DNA of 64,000 nucleotides, taken from IMG/VR virus record IMGVR_UViG_3300032007_000001, one strand, 5' to 3'. A program made the translations under genes and the position numbers. The notes under the pieces are model-generated. The model was not told the origin of the DNA, made no database searches, and worked only from the letters and a program-made list of their open reading frames with translations. Shown one piece after another: positions 31,350 to 39,570 of the stretch (position 1 is the first letter of the stretch; each line of letters opens with the position of its first letter). This DNA comes from a virus (taxonomy: Duplodnaviria > Caudoviricetes).

Positions 31350-31833
31350 TTTTCTTCAACTCACTTTCGAGAAAATCATGAAATTCTTTATATGTCTTAA
31401 ATTTTTCTTTTGCCAACTTAAAAATTTCATTATTTGATTTTCCAAGCAACACATTTTTATAATTGTTAATATCGTCAGAACTGCATTCTTTCATTTGACA
31501 AATTGGACACAGCTCACTTGGAAAAATATAATATATATCTTCGTCTTCGTTATCTGTATACCATTTATCTAATGTTTCTAATAATTGATTTTTCGTAACA
31601 TCTTTAAGTATTTGTTTTACTTCTTCACCTGAAACATCTTTTGATTTTAGATATTCTGTTACATCTTTGTTATTCAAATTGATATGTTCTGTGCAAAATA
31701 AATGTCCATTTTCACATTCTACAAATTCATATTCTCTAAAATCTACATCATATCCGCTTTCTTCTCTTCCGCAAATATTGCAAATATAGCTAGAAGAACT
31801 TGAATTTGTAACGAAATCTTTTCTGATTTTCAT
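31333..31833 (-). CDS. TNSSS-tag protein 3, with zinc-finger Cys motifs
   Basis: MKIRKDFVTNSSSSSYI; CNIC, CENGHLFC, CPIC. Confidence 0.8.
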   Translation of the reverse strand: MKIRKDFVTNSSSSSYICNICGREESGYDVDFREYEFVECENGHLFCTEHINLNNKDVTEYLKSKDVSGEEVKQILKDVTKNQLLETLDKWYTDNEDEDIYYIFPSELCPICQMKECSSDDINNYKNVLLGKSNNEIFKLAKEKFKTYKEFHDFLESELKKIEKKN

Positions 31834-31845
31834 ATTTTCATCTCC

Positions 31846-32178
31846 TTACCATTCACTATCCAATAACTGGATTTTATCATTGTTTATTGAAAACACTTTT
31901 TGCATCATATCGGAAAACGCCTCATCATCATATGCAACGTCTTTTTGATAAATTTTCCAATTATTATTCAATAAATTTTTTATCTTTTCTTTTAATTTAT
32001 CATCACTAAAATCTGTTTCATCAAATATAAATTCTTGTGCCTTATACGTATCATTACCAACTGCATCAAGAATACCTTTTATTACATTCTTAAAAGATTC
32101 ATCCATTTCTTTTTCATTAACAGCAACAATAAAGGATGATGAACTGGAATTCGTTACAAAATCATTTCTTATTTTCAT
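31846..32178 (-). CDS. TNSSS-tag protein 2
   Basis: MKIRNDFVTNSSSSSFIV. Confidence 0.8.
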   Translation of the reverse strand: MKIRNDFVTNSSSSSFIVAVNEKEMDESFKNVIKGILDAVGNDTYKAQEFIFDETDFSDDKLKEKIKNLLNNNWKIYQKDVAYDDEAFSDMMQKVFSINNDKIQLLDSEW

Positions 32179-32630
32179 AAGTTAATTCTCCTTATAATAT
32201 TGCCATTGTTTTTGACAACTGTGGATTCAAAATCAAAACTAAATTCGTTGTCAACATTAATATTAAAAACATCTTTTGAATTATTAGAAATTATTTCTTT
32301 ATATGTGTCAATATCCAAAAAATCACAATTTGTAAATTCATTAATAAGATGAATTTTTGCAAATGTTTTATCTTCAAAACTATAAAGAAATTGCAATATC
32401 TTATCATCATCATGATATTTAATTTCTTTTTCCAAAGAACTATTATAATCCTCAATGAAAATAGAATTAAATATCCAATCAACGTAATCTTTTGGAGACT
32501 TTATTGAAATCTTTTTCATTTCTCTCAAAAAATATTGCTTCATATAACTATCAAAATTTTGTCCTTTTTCAAAAGAAACCAAAAATTGAGTAGAAGAAGA
32601 ATTTGTAATGAAATCATTTCTAATTTTCAT
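32175..32630 (-). CDS. TNSSS-tag protein 1
   Basis: MKIRNDFITNSSSTQFLV; ATGA overlap with the rSAM stop. Confidence 0.8.
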   Translation of the reverse strand: MKIRNDFITNSSSTQFLVSFEKGQNFDSYMKQYFLREMKKISIKSPKDYVDWIFNSIFIEDYNSSLEKEIKYHDDDKILQFLYSFEDKTFAKIHLINEFTNCDFLDIDTYKEIISNNSKDVFNINVDNEFSFDFESTVVKNNGNIIRRINL

Positions 32631-33772
32631 TTTTTATATTTCTCCTTTTTATCACACAACACTATTTCATGTTTGATTGGACATCCACCCATGCATATAA
32701 TTCTTTTATCGCAATTCATACAAGAATGCATAAGTCTGCTTCTAAAATCATTGAATTTATCAGATTCCCATGCTTCTTTTAATGTATGATTTCTTAAGTC
32801 TACGCCCCATTTCATTTCTTGGTCAAAACTACATGGCATCATATGCATATTAGCAGAAATATAAGCAGAAAATCTACCACCTTCACAAGTATCTATGGAA
32901 TTCTCATCTATGTCTTCTGAAAAATTTACAATTGCTGGAATAGAGCATGAATCAAATCCAATCTTAAACGGATGTTCTTTGGAAACCAAAAAAAAGAATT
33001 TTTGAATCTTTTCAGAATCGTTTTCCAACGTTAACATATTGTCAATTCTTCCAAGACCAACTGGTTTATATAACAAAAAAATAAATGCATTGATTGGATT
33101 TTCTTCAAAATTATAAATATAAATTTTATTATCGTCTTTCCATTGCAACATATGTTTTTCCAATAAATCAATTGCATCATTAATTGTCTCTTTTGAGAGA
33201 ACAAAATGTATATTCGTTTTACATCCAGCATCAATAAATTTTTTCAAAGCATCTACAGTAAATTTTTGATAATACCATGAAACAGCCACTGCACCACAAT
33301 ATTTTTTTGTAGTAACAACTGCGTCATCAGTCAAATCAATACCGGATGTAGTATAATTTGGAACGATATTATTGCTTCTTGTATATTCACATATTTCATT
33401 AAAATATTGATGGTCATTAGGATTACCAGCTCCACCAAGAGCTACTTGCATTAATCCGTTTTCTTTTCCTTCATCAATAATGGATTTATAATCATCTAAC
33501 TTCATGTCCTTCTCTGGGTCATATTTCCTTGCTCCTTGGTAGCAACCAGATATACTACCACCAGCACGACACAAACCCTTAGAAGCGGCCTTACAACCTC
33601 CCATGATACCGATGTCAAGCAACCCTGGAAAAGAACGCATAAATGGGTCTATGTCAGTATCTTTTCCATCTTTCAAAATTCCACTTCTTATATATTCACC
33701 TGTCAATGTATTAAAAACTTCTATAAATTTGAATTTATAATCAGAATATTTGAGAATATGATTGTTTTCCAA
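32627..33772 (-). CDS. Radical SAM/SPASM domain protein with atypical CX7CX8C motif
   Basis: LDIGIMGGC..C..CYQ; QVALGGAGNP; NYTTSG; SPASM CEGG..PCSF..CMNC..CMGGCP; AAGGAGG SD. Confidence 0.88.
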   Translation of the reverse strand: MENNHILKYSDYKFKFIEVFNTLTGEYIRSGILKDGKDTDIDPFMRSFPGLLDIGIMGGCKAASKGLCRAGGSISGCYQGARKYDPEKDMKLDDYKSIIDEGKENGLMQVALGGAGNPNDHQYFNEICEYTRSNNIVPNYTTSGIDLTDDAVVTTKKYCGAVAVSWYYQKFTVDALKKFIDAGCKTNIHFVLSKETINDAIDLLEKHMLQWKDDNKIYIYNFEENPINAFIFLLYKPVGLGRIDNMLTLENDSEKIQKFFFLVSKEHPFKIGFDSCSIPAIVNFSEDIDENSIDTCEGGRFSAYISANMHMMPCSFDQEMKWGVDLRNHTLKEAWESDKFNDFRSRLMHSCMNCDKRIICMGGCPIKHEIVLCDKKEKYKK

Positions 33773-33825
33773 GTTAAGTCCTCCTTAATTAAAAAAGCAT
33801 ACTTTGCAGTATGCTATTTTTTATA

Positions 33826-33855
33826 ATTATACCATAAAATTAATCATAAATACAA
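33826..33855 (-). promoter_or_regulatory. Sigma-A-like promoter for the rSAM operon, followed by an inverted repeat (33796..33815)
   Basis: TTGTAT-18-TGnTATAAT on the - strand; agcatac-6-gtatgct between promoter and RBS. Confidence 0.55.
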
Positions 33856-34311
33856 TCATAATCCCAAATATAAAAGTTTTTTTGCTTTACAAGTTTTTAT
33901 ATTATCATCTATAAAATCCTGAATGAAAGTTGGAAAAGTAGTTATTCCTCCAGCAAATCCCTCATCGTATACATAGTGAATAGCTTTTGGTGATTCGTAT
34001 AAATCTCTTATGCTGTAAGTAACAGCATCATATCCGTAATATATATAAATTTTTGTTATTCCATTTCCATTTGATGGTCTATCATAATTTTTCCAATCAT
34101 TATCTATTCTTGATATATTTGAATATAATTCGTGAAATACTAAACAATCAATTAATGTTGGAATAAAACATTCTTGTATCTGTCTTCTTGTTGAATATAA
34201 GACTCTAGCCAAATCATTTCTATCGGCATCTGTCATATCTTCTTCCCATTGTTTTTCAAATTTATATTCTTGTTCTTTCAATTCAAAAAATTTTTTAAGA
34301 AGATTATTCAT
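33856..34311 (-). CDS. Hypothetical protein (ends ...YLGL)
   Basis: 151-aa ORF. Confidence 0.7.
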   Translation of the reverse strand: MNNLLKKFFELKEQEYKFEKQWEEDMTDADRNDLARVLYSTRRQIQECFIPTLIDCLVFHELYSNISRIDNDWKNYDRPSNGNGITKIYIYYGYDAVTYSIRDLYESPKAIHYVYDEGFAGGITTFPTFIQDFIDDNIKTCKAKKLLYLGL

Positions 34312-34340
34312 ACACTATCACCAAGAATATTATATAAAAA

Positions 34341-34676
34341 TCAATGCGACATTGACATGAATTTATCAATAAATTCAAACGCTTCTCTTTCATTAACTTC
34401 TTTTTCTATAATTTCTTTTCTATAATTAGAAGCAAAAAATAAAGATATCATGTCTTCATAAATTTCTATTTCAAGATATCCAAAATTATTTTCTTTTTCT
34501 ATTTGAATAGTTTGATTTGCTGTGGGAAATATTTCTACTTCGCTATTCAATTGTCGTATAAATTTTTCTGTTTTTTCAATAATATCTATTGGTATTGGTT
34601 CTGCACCGTAACCATTCCAATTATATTTTAACGTTTTCATTTCGTTCAATCTTTTTAATGATTCTTCATGCATCAT
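34341..34676 (-). CDS. Hypothetical protein (NWNGYGA motif)
   Basis: Start reassigned to the ATG downstream of AAAGGA; the track start 34727 lies just upstream of a terminator hairpin the longer ORF would cross. Confidence 0.7.
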   Translation of the reverse strand: MMHEESLKRLNEMKTLKYNWNGYGAEPIPIDIIEKTEKFIRQLNSEVEIFPTANQTIQIEKENNFGYLEIEIYEDMISLFFASNYRKEIIEKEVNEREAFEFIDKFMSMSH

Positions 34677-34695
34677 TATCATTCCTTTTTTACAG

Positions 34696-34724
34696 AAAAC
34701 CGCCACGCAGGCAGTGCGTGGCGG
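34696..34724 (-). terminator. Terminator after tRNA-Arg
   Basis: ccgccacgca-ggcag-tgcgtggcgg with U-run on the - strand. Confidence 0.65.
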
Positions 34725-34784
34725 CATCTATAAAATAAAACAATAAAAGAAAGGAGAGAAAGAAAATTGTGGTATGAGAAATCT

Positions 34785-34859
34785 TGGCCTCCCTACATCG
34801 AATCGAACGATGATTAAGGGCTTAGAAGGCCCCTGTACTATCCATTATACTATAGGGAG
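34785..34859 (-). tRNA. trnR: tRNA-Arg(UCU)
   Basis: CTCCCTA/TAGGGAG acceptor, GGGGC-CTTCTAA-GCCCT anticodon arm, TTCGATT T-loop, encoded CCA. Confidence 0.93.
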
Positions 34860-35014
34860 TTATTCTTACATTTTTATTTTATCATAAAAAAATGAAAAGT
34901 AAATTATTTTTTTTAATTCAAATAATTTTCTTGCAAAAAATATATTATAATGTATAAAACAAATTATAAAAATTTTTACTTGTAGGTTATAATAAAACAA
35001 AAAAGAGTGATAAA

Positions 35015-35419
35015 ATGATAACATTTGAGACATTCGAACATAAAAATGTTGAATGCAAAACATTATTATCAACGCAAAAAACAATATATCAATATATTTG
35101 TAAATTTTCAATGTCATGCGAAACTCCATATCCGCATAGAACATTAAACCACTATAATGTAACGATTTATTTAAGTGATAATTTCAATTTAGCAATTACC
35201 ATTTATGATATTTTTTATGATGAATATGTATTGTCATTATCATCAGATAATATATTCGCTGAAAAAATAAATAAAAAAATGTTATTAAACGAAATCCAAG
35301 AAAATTGTTCTATAAATTGGATGATTAATAATATTGGAGCTAGTGTAATAGATGATTTAATGCAATGTTTAAGTATGTTTTTTGAACGTATAAACATTTT
35401 ACAAATAGCTGGATTATAA
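35015..35419 (+). CDS. Hypothetical protein between tRNAs (ends ...IAGL)
   Basis: GAG SD, TATAAT upstream, palindromic terminator at 35439..35456. Confidence 0.7.
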   Translation: MITFETFEHKNVECKTLLSTQKTIYQYICKFSMSCETPYPHRTLNHYNVTIYLSDNFNLAITIYDIFYDEYVLSLSSDNIFAEKINKKMLLNEIQENCSINWMINNIGASVIDDLMQCLSMFFERINILQIAGL

Positions 35420-35466
35420 TCATCAATAAATAAATAAAAGAGCACTTAAGTGCTCTCATTTTTTCT

Positions 35467-35541
35467 TGGTAGTTCCAACGTGAATTGAACACGTATTTAG
35501 TCCTTGAAAGGGACTCGTCCTAACCATTAGACCATGGAACC
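35467..35541 (-). tRNA. trnE: tRNA-Glu(UUC)
   Basis: GGTTCCA/TGGAACT acceptor, AGTCC-CTTTCAA-GGACT anticodon arm, encoded CCA. Confidence 0.93.
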
Positions 35542-35543
35542 AT

Positions 35544-36122
35544 TGGTGCCGAGGACCGGAATCGAACCGGTACGGTGTTGCCACCGAGGGATTTTCTTAC
35601 TACTCTTACTTATAGGGTGTTCAATCATCATATATCCTGGCCGCTCTTTACCCATTTCGTAAGCCATTCCACTAGAAACGTTGTAGTCCGGACTATGTTT
35701 TCACCATATATGATTTATCATCCATACTTAGGTGGTTGGTCTATAGTCTCTACACATTTACTATTAAAAGAAAATATATCACAGAAAGGAGGCTGCCTTC
35801 CAGAACACTGGAAATGTCTTATGTTGATTGTAAAAAACACTTAGATTTTTTAAGATCATATGTTCATCCATTTGTTTTGTGCTTTCGCAATTTCAATTAG
35901 AGAAGCGAACTAATTAAAATTACAAATGGCATTACAACATTTGACGTTTTCTTTTAATAGACTTAGCACGGCGTTCCCAATAATGCTTCACCGTTTTAGC
36001 CAACATTCACTCGAGATGTTTCCTGTCTCGGTGCTCAGACAATTATATTGTCTTGTTGAATTGTTGTGATTCAACAAATATTGGAAAAAGTCCCTTGCGT
36101 CTGCCAGTTCCGCCACCCCGGC
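35544..36122 (-). tRNA. trnL: tRNA-Leu(UAA), exons 36088..36122 and 35544..35595, split by a group I intron
   Basis: Joined exons give an 87-nt tRNA: GCCGGGG...AGGGA-CTT^AAAA-TCCCT, long variable arm, GGTTCGATTCC, CCA. Confidence 0.92.
35596..36087 (-). ncRNA. Group I self-splicing intron (492 nt) in the tRNA-Leu anticodon
   Basis: U before the 5' splice site, terminal omega-G; P (AAACGGTGAA), Q (AACGCCGTGCTAAG), R (GTAGAGACTATA), S (AAACATAGTCC); P3 GTTGG/CCAAC; P7 GACTA/TAGTC. Confidence 0.9.
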
Positions 36123-36155
36123 ATATTCAGTTGTCAATGTACTCCAAACATTTAT

Positions 36156-36184
36156 ATTATAAAACAAAAAAAACACATTGTAAA
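36156..36184 (-). promoter_or_regulatory. Sigma-A-like promoter for tRNA-Leu/Glu
   Basis: TTTACA-17-TATAAT. Confidence 0.7.
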
Positions 36185-36226
36185 CATCGATTTATATAAA
36201 ATACAAAAATTTTGTAATTCATTGTA

Positions 36227-36252
36227 AAAAAGAGACTATATTGTCTCTTTTT
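36227..36252 (-). terminator. Intrinsic terminator
   Basis: aaaaagagac-tatatt-gtctcttttt. Confidence 0.65.
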
Positions 36253-36303
36253 ATTTTTAATGATTTTTTATCATAAACAAACCAAACAAATGTCTTAATA
36301 TTT

Positions 36304-37887
36304 TTAATCTGTTGTTTTTGTATATTGAATAGTAACATAAGATTTTGTGAAGTCAGAACTATCAGTAGTTCTTCCCATTAATTGAATAACAGCATTAGAT
36401 TGGTTTGAAAGCAATATAAATTGCACCGTAACATTTAAAGTTGTATAGTTGTCTTGTATCTTTGGTATACTTCTCCAATAGGGTTGACCAGAATTATAAT
36501 TATAGCAGATGCCTTTTATATCGATTATTTCCTTAACAATAGTTTTTTCTAAAGGTAAAGTTATTGTTTTTACTGTACTATTTGGTAATGCCCCACAATC
36601 AACTGTTATTTGATATATCGGCTTACCATCTATCCATGTACCTATTCTTTGTTCTTCTGTACTATAATTATTTTCTGGTGTAGATAATACTGATGTATTA
36701 TATTTAATGCAATATAATACAGAAGTATTTGTAGGACGGGAAGTATAGGCACGACGCACTTCAAAATTATCCGAACCAGTTGTAGTAGATGATTGCGCCC
36801 ATAATCTTCCCCCTGTGGTTTTAATAGCTTTATCTTCGGAAACTACAGCTAGTTTAGTTTCCGAAGTATTAACATCCATTTGTAATTTTGTTCCATTATA
36901 ATGAACATTAGGTATTTCAGTACCGTCTTGATGTACACCAACGTTACTCCCACTGCCTTGATTTGTGTGACTATTAGTCCCTGTGCCACGCAAAAATTCT
37001 CCGCGCAAATCTGGAACTGCAAAAGTGGTAGTTCCATCTCCACCAAAATAATTATAACTACCAAATTGTGCTTTAATATACTCTGCTAATTCTTTATAAT
37101 CTATTATATTATAGACTGTCCCGTCGCAAGCTAAATAATCTTTTGGAGCAGTATTACCCATATAAGAAATAACAGTTCCTATTGGAGTATCATTATAAAG
37201 AGTATTAGATGTATCTTTTCTATATTTTATCTGTGGTATTAATGTTATTGCTGGAGGTTGTACTGTATCTACTGAATCTGAATAGATAGAATTACTACTA
37301 TTTGCGCTAAATTTCATGTTCGTTTTATACTGCCCAGCACCGGTCGCTGTTGTAACTTGTTGGAGTTTCCCGACTGTTGCTGTGGCCTTAGAATTAGTAA
37401 ACGCGCCTGATTTTCCGCGAATATTTGCATCTTCTGACGATGGAGTTTCTAAAAACTCAGCAGACCCAAAATATTCGCCTTTTATATTAGGCAATCCTGC
37501 TTCTTTTTCTTCTACTGTACTACCACCTTGTAATACTAAATCTATATAATTTGGTAATGTTAATACATCTGTATTGCTATTATATTTGAATAAAGCTTTA
37601 TTAGAAGAATCATTAGTAATTAAATTATTATCTTGAGCATAATCTAATAATTCCTTATAATCTGTTGAAGCATCAGCTAAATTCGTACCATCTAATTTAA
37701 GATAGTCTCTTAATAGAGACATCTGCCAAGTTATATATCCAACCGGTGCATCTGATGCCACAACAGCACTAGATACATTAACATCTCCTAAATAATCATC
37801 TATATTATTTGACGTTAAATTTTTTACTACCTTAAATTTTGCAGAACCATAAGTTATAGTATCATTTAGCGCAGTCAATTTTTTCAC
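36304..37887 (-). CDS. Tail fibre / tail-collar domain protein
   Basis: Two collar domains (PVGYI...LKLDG; TPIGTVISY...YLACDG...GGDGTTTFAVPDLRGEFLRG); C-terminal YSTEEQRIGTWIDGKPIY. Confidence 0.88.
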   Translation of the reverse strand: MKKLTALNDTITYGSAKFKVVKNLTSNNIDDYLGDVNVSSAVVASDAPVGYITWQMSLLRDYLKLDGTNLADASTDYKELLDYAQDNNLITNDSSNKALFKYNSNTDVLTLPNYIDLVLQGGSTVEEKEAGLPNIKGEYFGSAEFLETPSSEDANIRGKSGAFTNSKATATVGKLQQVTTATGAGQYKTNMKFSANSSNSIYSDSVDTVQPPAITLIPQIKYRKDTSNTLYNDTPIGTVISYMGNTAPKDYLACDGTVYNIIDYKELAEYIKAQFGSYNYFGGDGTTTFAVPDLRGEFLRGTGTNSHTNQGSGSNVGVHQDGTEIPNVHYNGTKLQMDVNTSETKLAVVSEDKAIKTTGGRLWAQSSTTTGSDNFEVRRAYTSRPTNTSVLYCIKYNTSVLSTPENNYSTEEQRIGTWIDGKPIYQITVDCGALPNSTVKTITLPLEKTIVKEIIDIKGICYNYNSGQPYWRSIPKIQDNYTTLNVTVQFILLSNQSNAVIQLMGRTTDSSDFTKSYVTIQYTKTTD

Positions 37888-37922
37888 TCCTATACTTAAA
37901 AATCTGTCTCTTTATAAAATAA

Positions 37923-37950
37923 AAGATAGACTGGAAATCCAGTCTATCTT
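37923..37950 (-). terminator. Intrinsic terminator
   Basis: aagatagactgga-aa-tccagtctatctt. Confidence 0.7.
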
Positions 37951-37963
37951 GTTATCAATTAAT

Positions 37964-38110
37964 TTATTTTTTCATAAGTGCTTTTGAAATTAGACCTAAT
38001 CGTCTCTCTTTTTCTTTTTCTAATTTTTCCTTGTCTTTCAAAGCTTTTATAATATTTTCTTCAATAGGCAAACTGCTTATATGATTACCGTCTTTATCAT
38101 AAATTCCCAA
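37964..38110 (-). CDS. Small hypothetical protein (48 aa)
   Basis: Not in track; GAGGTG SD + TTG: MGIYDKDGNHISSLPIEENIIKALKDKEKLEKEKERRLGLISKALMKK. Confidence 0.6.
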   Translation of the reverse strand: MGIYDKDGNHISSLPIEENIIKALKDKEKLEKEKERRLGLISKALMKK

Positions 38111-38183
38111 TTTTTTCACACCTCAAAAATTAAATAGATTTACGCACTTCAAATTAAGAATAAATTTATTGAGTAAATCTATT

Positions 38184-38285
38184 TCAATGACCAGACATAA
38201 TGATTACCATATCTCTTATAAACATCAAAATGACCATCAAAACAAAAAATAAAATAATTACATTAAATTCGTATCTTGTAATCAT
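38184..38285 (-). CDS. Small single-pass membrane peptide (33 aa)
   Basis: Not in track; MITRYEFNVIILFFVLMVILMFIRDMVIIMSGH, starts 4 nt after the upstream stop. Confidence 0.5.
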   Translation of the reverse strand: MITRYEFNVIILFFVLMVILMFIRDMVIIMSGH

Positions 38286-38289
38286 TCAA

Positions 38290-38619
38290 TCACAATCCCT
38301 TTACAATCAAATTTATATTTTTCATTTTAGAAATACAATCGACAAATATTTTTGTATCATTTTTTATTTTGCATAAATCTTTGAACGAATTGCAAATAAA
38401 AGTGTTATTATAAGCATCAAATAACACAAACATATTATTAATCAAAAGATAGTTGGTAAATTGATTAAATAAAACTGAACACGTTTTTACAAACATATCA
38501 TCAATTTCGAAAACATATTGTTTTTCATTTTCTCTTATTTCTGAAATTATTTGTATAATATTAACATTTTCAACTTTATGTCTAACGCTTATATTAAAAG
38601 CTTCAAATGTATAATTCAT
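38290..38619 (-). CDS. Hypothetical protein (ends ...VKGL)
   Basis: 109-aa ORF. Confidence 0.6.
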   Translation of the reverse strand: MNYTFEAFNISVRHKVENVNIIQIISEIRENEKQYVFEIDDMFVKTCSVLFNQFTNYLLINNMFVLFDAYNNTFICNSFKDLCKIKNDTKIFVDCISKMKNINLIVKGL

Positions 38620-38646
38620 AATATTTCTAAAACAAAAAGATGAGAA

Positions 38647-39075
38647 TTACTCATCTTTTTTATTTTGTTCTTCAGCTTTTTCTTTTGTTTTTTCTATTAC
38701 TCTTTCAACTATTTCTTCGAGCACCGCGCCAATATCACACTGTTCTTCACCGTCTTTGCATTTTTCCAAATTCATAGACTTAAATAAACATTTTTCATTA
38801 CAAAACGTTTTATGCATTTCTTTATCCATAAAACCATTCATTGCTTCGAGATTTAAGGATAATTTATCAATCATATAACGATAAATAGTATTCCTTGCTT
38901 CGGCTAGTTCTTTACCTGCTCTTTCTGCGAGAATATCAGATACTTTTTGTAGATTATACTTCACAAATTCGCTATTCATAATAGCATCTACTACACTTTC
39001 TGATAGTTTCTTAATCATCTCACGGTCTTTTTCCAAATACTCCTTAGTAAGTTGTTTTGCATCGTGCTCTGTCAT
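38647..39075 (-). CDS. Hypothetical protein
   Basis: AGGAGG SD. Confidence 0.75.
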   Translation of the reverse strand: MTEHDAKQLTKEYLEKDREMIKKLSESVVDAIMNSEFVKYNLQKVSDILAERAGKELAEARNTIYRYMIDKLSLNLEAMNGFMDKEMHKTFCNEKCLFKSMNLEKCKDGEEQCDIGAVLEEIVERVIEKTKEKAEEQNKKDE

Positions 39076-39096
39076 TGTTTAACCCTCCTAAAAAAT

Positions 39097-39522
39097 TTAT
39101 AACCCCATAAAAATTGACTCGTCTCTATTGAAATCAATAGATTTGTCAATAAGAAAATCAAGAATTTCTTCTATAACATATGCATAATTATGCATAGATA
39201 AACAATAATCAACGTATGCTTTCTTTAGTTTTTTATAAAATCTTTTTTCGCCAATACTGCTAACTTCATAATCTTGATTAATCGAAAGAAAAAATGCATT
39301 GTTATTCAATGCATGACATAATGAAACACAAAACAAATTATCAAAAATATCTTTTATATTTGTTAAAGTAAAAAAACATAGATGGAATTTCTTAAAATTA
39401 TTTTCTATTGCGAATTGTTCTTCGACCATGAAATTTTTTGTTATTGTTGTTTTTGAATCCAACATCAAAACAGTTTTTCTATCTACAAAAAAATCAGATT
39501 CTAAATATTTCATGGATTTCAC
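39097..39522 (-). CDS. Hypothetical protein (ends ...FMGL)
   Basis: 141 aa; TTTACA-17-TAAAAT upstream. Confidence 0.65.
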   Translation of the reverse strand: MKSMKYLESDFFVDRKTVLMLDSKTTITKNFMVEEQFAIENNFKKFHLCFFTLTNIKDIFDNLFCVSLCHALNNNAFFLSINQDYEVSSIGEKRFYKKLKKAYVDYCLSMHNYAYVIEEILDFLIDKSIDFNRDESIFMGL

Positions 39523-39570
39523 CTATTGAGAATTTTAATTCTTTTTCTAATCAATGTAAACAAATAATTA

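Noticed and set aside
34677-34727. N-terminal MPPRTACVAVFC extension as a Cys-containing precursor peptide
   Set aside because: It is the translation of a GC-rich terminator hairpin; the SD points to a start at 34676.
34785-36122. tRNA cluster as a prophage attachment site or host boundary
   Set aside because: No integrase or duplicated tRNA 3' end is seen, and phage genes continue on both sides.
35575-36176. Track ORFs 35575..35844 (+) and 35988..36176 (-) as homing endonuclease or real genes
   Set aside because: They overlap tRNA exons and the intron core, and have no LAGLIDADG, GIY-YIG or HNH motif.
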